Below are positions 33,057-44,800 of a DNA stretch of 64,000 nucleotides, in pieces. The first letter of the stretch is position 1. Each line of letters starts with the position of its first letter. The notes under the pieces were generated by a model. It did not search any database. It had not been told where the DNA came from and saw only the letters and a program-made list of their open reading frames with translations. The translations under genes and the position numbers were made by a program. The stretch spans positions 1,088,001 through 1,152,000 of the forward strand of contig CM000434.1 in NCBI GenBank assembly GCA_000165345.1, read 5' to 3'.

Positions 33057-35477
33057 TTAACTACTTTTTGCTTTCTTTTTTCCTGGAGAAGAATCGTCAT
33101 CATTTTCTGCTACTTCAATAATTAGATGCCTCCCGTATAAGTGAGTATGTTGGAACTGTTCCAATGCTGAAATAGCCTCTAATTTTCCAAGAAATTCGAT
33201 AAAGCAGTAGCCCTTATTAGTTCCATCTGATTTCTTTGGAATTCTAATGGAAGTTACCGTTCCGACAGAGTTGAAAAGTGACATAATGTCAGATTTAGTT
33301 GCTTGGAATGGAAGATTCTTAATAAGAAGTTTGTTAGATACATTCTTTACTCCAATATCAGTAAGTTGGCTTCCATATGGAAGTGATGTTTTCTCATCTA
33401 CTTGAGAAGTTTTAGATTTTTTTGAGATTTTAAGTTCCAGTGTGTGTCCATCTAAAGTGACTGATTGCATCCTTTTAATACATTCTTTAGCATTTTCGCT
33501 TGTTTTGAACTCAAGGAAGCCATAACCCATTGATTTTTTAATAATATTCCCATCAGAGTCTGAATGGGTTTTCATTGTTATTGTAGCCTTTCTAAACCCT
33601 TCAACTTTGCTAAATAGATTCTCAAGAGCTTTGTTTGTAGTATCAAAGCTTAAATTCTTAACAAATACATGAACGGCATTTGTATTATCTAAATCTTCAT
33701 TAATATCCAAAATTTCTTTCTTGTTAACAACTTTAGATTCTGTCTCTTTTTCTTTCTGTGTTTCTGTTTCTGAGACAAACAAATTAACTGGTGCCCATTC
33801 TATATAAAGTGGAACACTTTTGAATCTTTTGAATGCTAATCTTTTGAAGGCAGATTCTGCCGAGGATTCCTCCAAAAATTGTACAATTGCAATGGTCTTG
33901 CTTGGAGATAAGCATAATCGATTAATTCTACCAAAAGGAGAACAAATTTTCTGAAGGTCGGATAATGTTACTTGATCTGAAGGTAAATGTTTAATGATAA
34001 TGGTATCTTTGCTTCTTTCAACATTTTTGACTCCTTCAAATTTTAGTTTTGCTGTAAATATGTCGCTTCCCTCTACTTCAAAAGCCTTAACTGAAATTCC
34101 TTCCTTCTTTAACCATTCTTTAGTAGCTGAAATAACATGAGTTTCCATTAAGGATACTCTGGAGGCCAAATCTGGTGCTTGTATATCAACAATATCATGC
34201 TTTTTAACATCCTCATTATCTATGAAAGCATTAACTGCAGAATTCCCACTGATATAAAGAAGATTCCAAGTTTTTTTGTCTATTGAAGATTCTTTCCTTT
34301 TGTTTAAAGCTTTCAATTTATAATCCGAGTGTACAATTACATTGGATTCATTGAAAGAATCCGTGATAGTTTTTGTTGGTTTATTAAAAGCTGGAGATAC
34401 TCTTAGTACTCTCCCATGTAGAAGAGATAAATGAGCTTGGGATAAAGCAGAAACTGCATGCTCAACAAATTCGTATTGGACAAATCCATATCCTTTTGAA
34501 ACTCCAGATTCTGGCGAGCGAATAATATTTACTGATTTGACTTCTCCCCATTTGGAAAAAAACTTATTCAAATCCTCTTCTGTTGTGGAATATGAAATAT
34601 TTACCACCATTAACCTGGAAGTTTCCATTGGAGATGTAACAATCTGTTCTCCAATATCAACAACTTCCTCAAGTTCCTGATTATCATCTGAATCCGTATT
34701 CGATTCAGATGACAAATCAGACTCAGATACATTTGTGCTAGAATTATCATCGTTTTCATTAAATGTCTCATGTTTTAACTCTGAATCTTGATCAGAATTC
34801 TGATCAGGATCAGGATCAGAATCAGATTCAGGCTCAGATTCAGACTCTGAAAACTGTATATGTTTTCTTACATTCGAGACACCTGCTTTAGTTGGTTTTA
34901 CAATTTCACTTGAAATCTTGACAGATGAATCATTCTTAACAGAGTTAATCTCGTTATTATCTATAAGATCTGCAGAATCTAGCCAACTTTTGTTTGAATT
35001 CTTTTGGGAAATCCATTTCTTAAAGTTTTCCTTCTTTGAATCATCTTCTTTACTTAAAGTGATTGGTTCTTTTTCATCAACCTCTGTATTTTCTTTAATA
35101 TTATTTCTCCTGTTATACTGAGAACTACCAATTGAATATTTACTCCAAGGTCTAGGAAGTAAATCTGATCCAGGAGGAAAAGCATACTGAACATTAATTC
35201 TACAAGTATCTATAAATGTTCCATTAAAGTATTCCAAAACTTTTTTTGCATCTTCTTCAGAGTAAAAACCAACAAATCCAAACTTCCTACTTGATTCTAC
35301 TTCTGGGTTCTTCTCAGATCTCTTTTTAACTATTTTTACATCAGTTATGTTGCAACCAATAGAAGATATATGATCTTTTAGTCTCTTTTCTGAGAGATAA
35401 CTCGGAAGATTTTTGATAATTATTCTGGATGAAGTAGCCTCACCCTTTGTACCACCTCCAGAAACATCAGATGTCAT
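33057..35477 (-). CDS. MRD1: multiple-RRM pre-rRNA processing protein MRD1/RBM19-like
   Basis: First ATG at 35477 (MTSDVSGGGTKGEATSSRIIIKNLPSYLSEKRLKDH...). At least 5 RRM-like segments include VNISYSTTEEDLNKFFSKWGEVKSVNI...KGYGFVQYEF and the C-terminal LLIKNLPFQATKSDIMSLFNSVGTVTSIRIPKK...KGYCFIEFL. The acidic linker and order match Mrd1/RBM19. Confidence 0.65.
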   Translation of the reverse strand: MTSDVSGGGTKGEATSSRIIIKNLPSYLSEKRLKDHISSIGCNITDVKIVKKRSEKNPEVESSRKFGFVGFYSEEDAKKVLEYFNGTFIDTCRINVQYAFPPGSDLLPRPWSKYSIGSSQYNRRNNIKENTEVDEKEPITLSKEDDSKKENFKKWISQKNSNKSWLDSADLIDNNEINSVKNDSSVKISSEIVKPTKAGVSNVRKHIQFSESESEPESDSDPDPDQNSDQDSELKHETFNENDDNSSTNVSESDLSSESNTDSDDNQELEEVVDIGEQIVTSPMETSRLMVVNISYSTTEEDLNKFFSKWGEVKSVNIIRSPESGVSKGYGFVQYEFVEHAVSALSQAHLSLLHGRVLRVSPAFNKPTKTITDSFNESNVIVHSDYKLKALNKRKESSIDKKTWNLLYISGNSAVNAFIDNEDVKKHDIVDIQAPDLASRVSLMETHVISATKEWLKKEGISVKAFEVEGSDIFTAKLKFEGVKNVERSKDTIIIKHLPSDQVTLSDLQKICSPFGRINRLCLSPSKTIAIVQFLEESSAESAFKRLAFKRFKSVPLYIEWAPVNLFVSETETQKEKETESKVVNKKEILDINEDLDNTNAVHVFVKNLSFDTTNKALENLFSKVEGFRKATITMKTHSDSDGNIIKKSMGYGFLEFKTSENAKECIKRMQSVTLDGHTLELKISKKSKTSQVDEKTSLPYGSQLTDIGVKNVSNKLLIKNLPFQATKSDIMSLFNSVGTVTSIRIPKKSDGTNKGYCFIEFLGKLEAISALEQFQHTHLYGRHLIIEVAENDDDSSPGKKKAKSS

Positions 35478-35710
35478 TCTTCCAAGACAATTCAATTAAG
35501 GATTCAACCAAACTTTCCTTTTTATTTTTTCTCTATATCACTCCCATTTAAGTTCATTCCAATAGCAAAAAGCACTCCCGCCTAGTCGATTATGACATGA
35601 GCGCCAAATAATAAAAAAGCATGCCAGGAAAATTAATGGGTTGAAGGAAAAGAAGGGGATTTAAAAAAAAACAATTTAAAAAAGGAAAATATCTATAAAC
35701 AAAGAGAAAA

Positions 35711-36580
35711 CTAAGTATTAGGGGCAAATAGTTCATCAGAATTGTTAAAAATATGTGAGTTTCTTATCTTGATTCTTCTTCGTTTCAGTTCCATGTTGTT
35801 AGAGGATGAAGTTTTGTTTTGACGTCTCTTGGAAGTAGATTCGGAAGAGTTGGAAGTTTTATCAAGACCAAGAAGTTTTCTAACCGCCATTTCACCTTTT
35901 GTAGTACGAATAATATCTTCCAAATTCATTCCTTTTTTGCTTATCAAAGATTTCCACATTTCCTTAATATCATCATCCATCTTAATTTCTTCTATTCCTA
36001 CATTCTCAGTTAAGGGATAAAGAACTACTCCTTTTAAAGAAGAACAAGCTTCACAGGGTCTTTGAGATGATAACGGACAACCAGTTCCTGTTGAAGAACC
36101 TGTACTCGCAAGTCCTCCATTTTTGCATCTTATTCTACCTGCTGTTTGCTGTTGTCTTAGGCACCTAACTGCTTTTTTGCACATCAAGTTCCGAATCCAT
36201 CTCTCCATACTGGAATTTGTCTAGGAATTAAGTTAAGTTCAAACTCGATCAATATTGTTAGTTTTAATATAACTTACCTTCAATAGTTCTTCATCAATTA
36301 AAAGACCATCTTGATGTTGCCTCACGAATGCTAATAGAGAAATCTCACTATTCAGCTTATCATATGGAGATTTATAACTATATTTACCTGTCGCCTGGTC
36401 CAAAAATATTCTGTCATGTAGATGAATTTTTGTCCAAAAATCGCTTTCTAGAGATATTTGTACTCCATCCTTGCAAAGTATGTTGTGAATCTCCTTCCTT
36501 CTTAATGGAACTGTGTTTGACTGCAGAATATTCAGTACCTTATGTATTAAATATGAAAATGGTTTCTCTTCATTTGACAT
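35711..36580 (-). CDS. TFIIE beta subunit (TFA2/GTF2E2-like winged-helix); 2 exons
   Basis: Model join(complement(36278..36580), complement(35711..36220)). Exon 1 (ORF 36239..36580) is ...RIFLDQATGKYSYKSPYDKLNSEISLLAFVRQHQDGLLIDEELLK (compare GTF2E2 ...[45 protein letters not shown]). Donor GTAAGT at plus 36272-36277, branch-like ACTAAC in the intron, acceptor cctAG at plus 36221-36222. Exon 2 is ...KGVVLYPLTENVGIEEIKMDDDIKEMWKSLISKKGMNLEDIIRTTKGEM...KRRQNK...KRRRIK (compare ...GKKILFFND...DEEFQKLW...RRKKP...KKRRFK). The acceptor choice is uncertain. Confidence 0.55.
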
Positions 36581-36640
36581 TTAATTTCTTATTTTACTCA
36601 ACAAATCTCTTTTTCCTTTAGATAAATTGTTTTAAGTAGA

Positions 36641-36650
36641 TTTTGGCGGG
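36641..36650. promoter_or_regulatory. ttttggcggg E2F-like motif upstream of TFIIE-beta
   Basis: The motif is 60 bp upstream of the minus-strand ATG at 36580. Confidence 0.4.
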
Positions 36651-36905
36651 TTTTTTTAAATAATTTTGGCATAACCCAATATTTTTATTCGAAATAACAA
36701 TCCTGGAATAAACAATTGACAACAGAATATGCAAATATTAATGCATTTTGATCGATCTTAGTTAGCAATTGATACTATAATTAAATGTTTATTGTTTTTT
36801 CAAGTTTGTGAATAAATTCTTTAGGTTATTTTAAATCTCTAATTATTATAATGTTAACATAATCATCAACATTTTTTGGACCCAATCAAAAGTTTGCCTT
36901 TGGGA

Positions 36906-36923
36906 TGCATGCATGCATGCATT
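36906..36923. promoter_or_regulatory. (GCAT)n/GCATGC palindromic run atgcatgcatgcatgcat in the large intergenic region upstream of the TVP38 paralogs
   Basis: This is a perfect tandem tgcatgca palindrome. Similar runs occur at 61051-61066 (tgcatgcatgcatgca) and 61965-61990. Confidence 0.3.
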
Positions 36924-38982
36924 TATCCCATACTCTAACTAAAATACCTATAGAATTTCAGTTATCCTTTTTTTTGTTTATATTTAGCCCATTTGCCAAT
37001 GTTATTGCATAATAACAATAAACTATTTGTTATTTTCTAACCACACAGTATGAATTATCAGGGATTATATTAAAGCAAATTAAAATGTAATTAAATACCT
37101 TATTTTGTTTATTACTAGTATTTTTCAAATTACAGCATTCAAAATTTGGAAGAACTTAAGATTAATTTTTAAATTAAGTAGAATACAACATATCAATATT
37201 ATGAATTTTTTTATATTCAATTTTCATCTAATTAAGGAATTATCTTAAAAGCTTAAATATTGATCAATCCTAACCTGTCCTATAATATAAGATGAATCAA
37301 AATCAATTTTTTTTCTACTAAAGTACAAAAATCTTATAGTTTTTTCTTTTTATTATTCAATCTAATAAAATTACAAATAGTCCTTTCAAAATTCAAATTT
37401 GAACCTTCTTTCCAATTCATGAGCATTTTATCACAATTAACTTGTTTAAACAAAGTTGCCGCCATTTATATACCGGCATGTCAAATTTGTGAGTTACAAT
37501 TTATATTTTTTGCATTTAAAAAACTATATTTATGGTTTAGATGATTATTTGTTTAATCTTAGACGCTTCCAATATTTAATAAATTTTTAGTTTTAATTAT
37601 AGTATCAATGATAGAAGACAAATAATAAACTTATTGAACGTGAGAATGAGTGGAATAACTTGTAAATTTGCAGTTAATTTAAACATAGTCTTATTGTACA
37701 TAGTTATCTGATGGAAATATGGAGTTTCCTCAATGAACTTCTTATAAGAAATATTTTAGAATTTGTAATATACGTACTTTAATTTTACTCACTATTTAGC
37801 TTATACAAACTGTTTTTTATTGTAAATCTCGTATCCACTATAATTGATTATAAAGGCAACCTATAGGATATTTTGCAGATTAATTCTTCAAATTTGGTTC
37901 TTAATTCTCATACTCTTTGTTTTACATACATTTTTTATCCAAGTCAACACAATTATGACCTTTTTCATCATTTGTAAACTTATTATAACAAGTTTAAGGA
38001 AACAAAATTTTCAAAATATAGATTATTTCAAAAAATCCTTTCAATATTATTAATAATATTTTCAGAAATGTCTGATTCTACATTATCCTTACAATACTGT
38101 GTAAAAGTGGAATGTTTAATAAACTTTCCGATATTCTTCATTTTTAGTTTGATTTTGGTGATCATCATCATTTAAATATATCTTGTTACTAAATAAAATA
38201 TAAAAACTTGTTTGAGAAATGATATTAATAATCCAACATCTCGTCTGATTGATATAAATAATTATAGAAGAAGTATTCTTCTCTAAATCTATTATTCATG
38301 TATTTAATTGGATTAAGCTGATTTCAAAAGTTTAATCATTGTTAACGACTATTTGATGTCTTTTCAAAATGTTTATTTCATTATCACAACCCCATTTTCT
38401 TCAAGTTTTTTGAAATTTCCGTATTTCACTATTGTTGATAATTTTAATATAGAATATTTAATTAATTCTTTAGAGTTTAGGCGGGCTTTAAATGAATGCA
38501 TAAATGCATGTTATAGAAAGTTTTGGTTAAGAAAAGTTTTAATTGGTACATCTTTAAATAAGAATTTTGGTTTATATTAATTGTTTATTTAAATTAATTT
38601 TTTTGCAAAGTTTTACTAGAAAAGATTCTAAGTTGATTAAAATATAAATTTAACCTAAATTCATGTTATTAACAGAAAATCTGAAATAATTAATACCTAA
38701 ATTACAAATTAGTCTAATAACTAATTGTTTCTATATATCTGTTTGTTTTTTTTTTAATAAAATTCTTGGTTACTAATATTTCCAAATAATCTTTTATGAC
38801 TTTTCCCCACATTTTGGGCGGGCAAATGGCAATATTGTAAGATATTACCTGCAAATCAGGGCTTGAATTTGGAGAGTAGAAAAAAAAATTTGAAGATCTA
38901 AAATAAGAATCAAAATAGTTTGAAGGATTCATAAGATTGTAGCTGGGTATTTCTACCAGTTAAATTCCAACAATAATTCAAG

Positions 38983-39819
38983 ATGAGCAAAAATTTGGAA
39001 AGATTTTCTGCTTTAAGAAAAATAGATGTGAAAATATACTCATATATGGCATTAAAGCTAGCATTTACAACAATATTAACAGTGTCAATAGTACTTATTT
39101 TATACCATTTTCGAGATACAACTCATTGGATAGAAAAGTTTTCTGTGGAAGTTAAAGAAAATGTTATAATAACAACAACCATCTCAACAATAATTATTTC
39201 ACTATTAATGACCATTTCAGTACCTATTGAACCAATCTTAGTATCTATGGCATTTTTTACCTCAAGTATTAATGGACCCACTATTGATGTACTTTTGTGT
39301 TTATTTATATGTTTTAACGCCACACAAATCAGTACATTCTTGACGGTTATTGTTACCAGATTTTGTTTTCCAAAATATTTGGGGGAAAAGGCTCGTCAGT
39401 ACAAATTTTTTTCTGCATTCAACGAAATAGCAAAAGAAAGAGGGTTTCTACTACTTGCATTGATTAGACTCTCTCTTTTTTTACCTTTTGTTCCAAGTAA
39501 TTGTTTACTGGGTTTAACAGATATTTCATTTTTTAACTTATTTCTAGGTAACTTTGCAGTTATCCCGGCTCAAATTTCATTAATATTATTCGGAGCCTCA
39601 ATCTATGACAATAATCATCTCAAGAATGAACTTAATACCAACTATATTCATCCTAAATATGCACTATTATTTTTCTCATTTTCCATTATTTCTATGTCTT
39701 TACTTTTTTATATTATATTTCAGAAATTTCGGGAAATCAATCAGAAAACTGAATCATTGTTAGAGCATGTCAACACTCCCCTCTCTTCTGCTCCTTTCCA
39801 TCGTATTGATAATTTATAA
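38983..39819 (+). CDS. TVP38/TMEM64 (DedA, SNARE-associated Golgi protein) family membrane protein; paralog 1
   Basis: ATG at 38983. It is 278 aa and multi-pass. The core motif LALIRLSLFLPFVPSNCLLGLTDISFFNLFLGNFAVIPAQ fits the DedA/TVP38 signature (RL.P.hP......G...I....F...t.hG..P). Confidence 0.55.
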   Translation: MSKNLERFSALRKIDVKIYSYMALKLAFTTILTVSIVLILYHFRDTTHWIEKFSVEVKENVIITTTISTIIISLLMTISVPIEPILVSMAFFTSSINGPTIDVLLCLFICFNATQISTFLTVIVTRFCFPKYLGEKARQYKFFSAFNEIAKERGFLLLALIRLSLFLPFVPSNCLLGLTDISFFNLFLGNFAVIPAQISLILFGASIYDNNHLKNELNTNYIHPKYALLFFSFSIISMSLLFYIIFQKFREINQKTESLLEHVNTPLSSAPFHRIDNL

Positions 39820-40476
39820 TTCATTCCTATTATTGCTCAAGATCACATGAAATGCATATATATATTGGTGTCAGCTATACCTATCCTAATTTTGTTTATA
39901 AAAACCAATCACTATTCTGAGTTAATATTACTCTTTCGATTATTGTAATTTTCAGAAAACTAAATTTATCTCTACTTTGCTTTATAACTACAAAAAAAAT
40001 CAGTAAATAGATCCTTGTTTTACAATATTCAATTAATCTAATATATTTTTTATTTAATTTCTAAAAATCAATTTTTTAATAAAATTACTTCTCCCGCCTA
40101 AACATGTAAAAAAGCCTAATAGTAGAGAAATAAGATTTTTTTTTAGAGAATTTCATAAATATTCGTTGTATCTGAAATAGCTGTATAATTTGTCTAAATA
40201 TGTGGGAAACAAATGTTTTCTTGCAAAAATATTAAATTTTCTAGAGAAGTGTCATTTTCCCTTGTAATATTTTACTTAAGATCATCACTAACCATTTTCT
40301 TGTATAAAATATTCTTTAAAGAACTTATCATTTCTTCAAGAACATTCTTATATTTTGTTTTTATTATAATCTATATATATATTTGCTCAACTACCAGACG
40401 AAGAGCTAACCCTAAATCCAAAATACTTTATAATATCTAAACCCTAATTTATTCAAAAGCTCGAGGGAACAACATG

Positions 40477-40488
40477 TTCCCGCCAAAA
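40477..40488. promoter_or_regulatory. ttcccgccaaaa (reverse complement of TTTTGGCGGGAA) plus further GGCG motifs upstream of TVP38 paralog 2
   Basis: Additional motifs: ccgcctaaac at about 40086, ggcgtccgcc at about 40645, tttgccgccaaat at about 40689. For paralog 1, tttgggcgggcaaatgg sits at 38811-38827, about 160 bp upstream of its ATG at 38983. Confidence 0.4.
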
Positions 40489-40783
40489 ATAAAAATATTT
40501 GTTTTGAAAACTAACAAAGTTAAATAATTAAAAAAACTATTTTAACTACTTAGTTATGGAGTTTTAATTCATTTACTCTCTCTTAAATTTGTTCAAAACT
40601 TCAACCCCGATTTATAATTTTTATTATTTATTAAATTTCTCTCCGGCGTCCGCCTAATTTTTTGGTTGGAAATATATAAAGGATATAATTTGCCGCCAAA
40701 TATTTTCTAAGTAATTCTGTCACCCCTTGTACTCTAAAAAATATTATTACGATTCTTTTCTTTTTAATTTAATAAAAGATCAA

Positions 40784-41617
40784 ATGACTACTCAAACTGA
40801 TTCAAGATCAAGTTCTTCCAAAATATTGAGGAATGCAACAATAGCATTCTTTCTCATTCTGGCAATAGTTTTATTTGTCGTTATTTCCAGGACTACTATT
40901 TATTTGATAGACAATTTATACTTCTTTAAAAAAATTGAACAAATTTCAGGTGGAAATCTTTTTATTTTATACAGTTTAATACTTTTAAATTCTATTTTCT
41001 ATGCTTTACTTCCATTCAGCTTTGAACCATTAATCTTTTTGTCCGCAGTTTACTATTACAAGAATTTCCCATTCTATCAAGGATTAGCTTTATCCATGCT
41101 CTCTATAATTATTGCAGTTAATGTTGGCTCAATTATAATTATGTTAATATCTCGTAAAATAATTTATCCATATATTAAGAGAAAACAAGAAAACTGGGAT
41201 TACTTAAATGCTTTAAATGATGCTTCAGATAATCTTGGACTTGTGTTCGTAATATTGGCGAGACTCATTATTACTCCTCATTTCTTCTATGACATCATCT
41301 TTGGTCTTACTAACATCTCAATTCCACAACTAATCATTGGTAACTTTACCTTTTTCCCTCGATACCTTTCCATTTCAATCTTTTCCGTAGTTATTAATAA
41401 TATCGATATTTTCAAGGATAGATTAATTAACTTAAACTCAGATCCATCTAGTGCAATGTTCTTCGCATCCATTTCTTGGATATCGTTCTTAATCCTAGTT
41501 GGTCTACTCCACAGAAGCTATCTAAAAGTCAAGGGAAGAATTCCTCTCCCTACTGAAGAGAATCATTCAAGTCTTAAAAATTCCACTAATGCGTTAAATG
41601 TTGAAGCCCGTGTATAG
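40784..41617 (+). CDS. TVP38/TMEM64 (DedA) family membrane protein; paralog 2, tandem to 38983..39819
   Basis: ORF 40727..41617 starts on TTG; the first ATG is at 40784 (MTTQTDSRSSSS...). The core VILARLIITPHFFYDIIFGLTNISIPQLIIGNFTFFPRY has the same architecture as the upstream paralog but has diverged heavily. Confidence 0.55.
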   Translation: MTTQTDSRSSSSKILRNATIAFFLILAIVLFVVISRTTIYLIDNLYFFKKIEQISGGNLFILYSLILLNSIFYALLPFSFEPLIFLSAVYYYKNFPFYQGLALSMLSIIIAVNVGSIIIMLISRKIIYPYIKRKQENWDYLNALNDASDNLGLVFVILARLIITPHFFYDIIFGLTNISIPQLIIGNFTFFPRYLSISIFSVVINNIDIFKDRLINLNSDPSSAMFFASISWISFLILVGLLHRSYLKVKGRIPLPTEENHSSLKNSTNALNVEARV

Positions 41618-41836
41618 TTTGGTTAAATGTTTTACATGCGCGCCTAAAATGCATACAATCTACATGTACTTGTGTCCGAAAAATTGTTGAAATACGAAGG
41701 AGACTATTTTTAGGGATAATTTAATTTAGTTTGATGTTAATGTTCTTAAAAAAGTTATTGGGGTGATTTTTATTAGTTATGTAGTACTAATTGATAATTA
41801 CTTATTTGTTACTTTTTTTCTAGTTTTAATAAAATG

Positions 41837-44800
41837 TTAAATAAAGTAATAAAATTCATTGATATCAAAATTCCTATTTCCAATTTGTGGAATTGGTGGA
41901 AAGAATGGAACCAAAGAGTCTTGGCTTCCAATATATAAGTTATTATAAATTCTCCAATAGACACTTCTAACTTTCTTTGCTGGGTGGAAGAGCCCCTGCA
42001 AAAGGTAGTTTAAGATAACTCCAGGACCTAGGGCGACTCTAAATGCATCTAGGGCTTCGTATACAGCTTGAACTAAATGAGGAGAGTTCTCAAAGACGTT
42101 TGGCCAAAGAAAGTTAAGTAGATGGATTAGAGCATCATTGCATCCTGTCCCTGCTACTCCTAAAGCCAAATGCTTACAAGCCCATGCTGCTGTTTGCCTA
42201 TGAACCTGATCTCTATCTGTAAGAGCTACCTCCAATAAAGGAGTTAAAGCATAAATATAATCCTTTGACATTGTTCCAATGTATTCAAACATAAATGAAA
42301 GAGTCTTTAAAACTCCATTTTGGACATTAAGGTCTGGAATCCTATATTCATTCATTATAGCTGGAAGTACTGTGTAAGGCATACAAATTTCTGAAATTAT
42401 AGCAATAGCAATAGTAGTACAAACTCTAAGTTGTCTCTCTTGTACTCTTAAGTTGTTTAACAAAGTTACTAATACATCTTGTGGTCCTATAGTCTTTGCA
42501 ATATGACCAAAAGTTTTGACTGATGCTCTCCTAATAGACTTCTTATTAGCTTTAAGACTATCTAAAAGATCAAAACAAATTCTGTCCCATTCTTTAGGAG
42601 ATACAAAATCACCTCCTTTCTTTGCACAGCATCCTAAAAGCTGTATGATATTTTCTTGTACTTTTTCATGTCTATTTTTCAGAATTGGGGTTAATCTTGG
42701 AACTAATTCTTTGATTGGAGGGCTTAATTTCTCTACTCTTACTTGAGTTACTATTGCATGTAATGCTCCAATAATACTCCCAAGAACTTCTGGATATTCT
42801 TCGCCTAAATATTCGTATAGAAATAATCCAATATGAGCAATCATTTGTTCTTCTTCACATTGTTTCATAACTCCAATAATACCAGCTACTAAATCTGCAG
42901 CTGTTTGTCTTGCTCTTGGAGAAGGAGTATTAAGACGCCATCTAATAATTGAGGATATTTGGGGTAAGTATTGTTTAGATCTTGTTCCAAGTAAAGTTAA
43001 TATTCTACCTACATTTTCAACAACAGACGAATCCTCGTCAGTAGAACTTTCCTGAAAGATGTATAATATTCCATCAACTAAGAGTTTTTCCAGTCTCTGT
43101 TCCAAATGAATTACTGGAACAATCTCCATTACATTTCTGACAGTTTCTAAGGCTTGAATTCTAAATGTCTCACTACCATCTCTGAGAAATATTAGTAATC
43201 CATCCAAAATAGGCTCCAATCCAACTTGTTTAGAAAGTGAAACTGTTGTATTTATGACCAATTTTGAGGTTCTTTTATCCAAAGAATTACGACTAGTCCA
43301 AAATTGTCCAAAGAAAGGTCCAAGAAGCTTTTGCTTAACAAACTCTGACCCAATTTCTTCAACAGAAACACATTGTTCCAGAACTCTCAGGACGATTCTT
43401 TTCATTTCATCATCCTGTGAACCAAATTCCCTTACTAGTACAGGAGAGATTTCCTTAATATAATAACAAGCTTGATTTGTTTCCATAAGAGAAATCATTT
43501 GTCCCATGGCTTTAAGGTAACTTGCCAAATTTCGACTTCTATATTCAGAAATCCCTTTCCAAATTTGTCCCAGAATTGGTTCAAAAGCCTCAATGCCATA
43601 AGGTGACGAAGCTTCAGCTAATGATGCAAGTGAGAGAGCTGTAATTACTCTAACTTTTTGATTTTCATCACTTAAACCATGAGAAATAATTTGGACTAAA
43701 CTCTTCAAGTGAGGGAGAACTGAGCTCCCATGCAAAATAGCTATTTGTTGGACAATCCTAATTCCAGTATGCCTTGCTTGCCAACTCTTCTTACTCTGAC
43801 AAACCGCTTGTAGAAAGATAACCAATGAGGGAATTCCCATAGCTGAGGCCAGAATAGCAAAAGCCTTAGCAGTAGTATTCCTCACATACTCATCAGGATG
43901 ATCTATATCTGGTCTCATAGTTGCAATCATAGTAGCCAGTCCAACAGCCTTTGCAAGATTTGAAATGATTTCTCTTCCTTCTTGGCGAGCATAATAATCT
44001 TGATCTATCAACATTGGTTCTATTACAACCAAAATCTTATGAACATATGGTTTAACTTTCTCTCCTAGACGTTGGAGGATTCTGTCTAAAGCTTTAACAA
44101 GCATATGCCTTTCCTGCTCTTCCAAAGTAGATTGCATTAGCAATGGAAGAAGATGATTTAGAATAATTCCAGGTCCATGATCACGAGCAGTTTCTACAAT
44201 CTGTTTCATTGCCTTTCTTCTAAGTATTGGAGCTCCATTTTTTATTTTCAATAAAAGTGTTAATACAAGTCGCTCGTTAACTTCCTCAGGAGAAAGGTCA
44301 TCATCAGAAATATTAGAAAAGAGTTTCCCAAAGAAATGGAAGTCTTCTATTCTTAGAGATAACTCTCCAAGTTCAGAATGAAATACCTGTCTCATAAAAC
44401 CTTGCTGGGGAACATCCTTACTTTCTCCCAATTCTTCTTGAAAAGATTTGGTTGGTTCAGGAATATCATATAAAGTAATTTTAGGTTCTAAAAGCTTTCT
44501 TTTGTTCTCCAAATTAGCTCTTCTAAGCTTCTCATATCCTTCAGGAGGTTTCACAATCTCGTACCCTTCTGAAGGGAGGATCTTGTCCAATTCCTCGTCA
44601 GTAAACTCTTTTTGAAAAGGTGGATGAAACCTTCCTTCTTCAGAAGTAGTTCTCTGGGCAGAACAAACCTCTGATGATTGTTCTGAACTATTAGTTTCAA
44701 CCGTTTCCTTAGCCTCTCTAAGGGTTTCCACTTCCCCATTGTCCCATCTTGACTTCTTTTGGTCCAGCTTCCCGCAACTACTAACTTCCTGATCCTCATC

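Noticed and set aside
37844-38932. Small ORFs 37844..38053, 38353..38580 and 38714..38932 in the large intergenic region
   Set aside because: They are short and extremely AT/Ile/Phe/Asn-rich, consistent with random open frames in AT-rich DNA, with no ATG or promoter-motif context. They cannot be excluded as real micro-genes without expression data.
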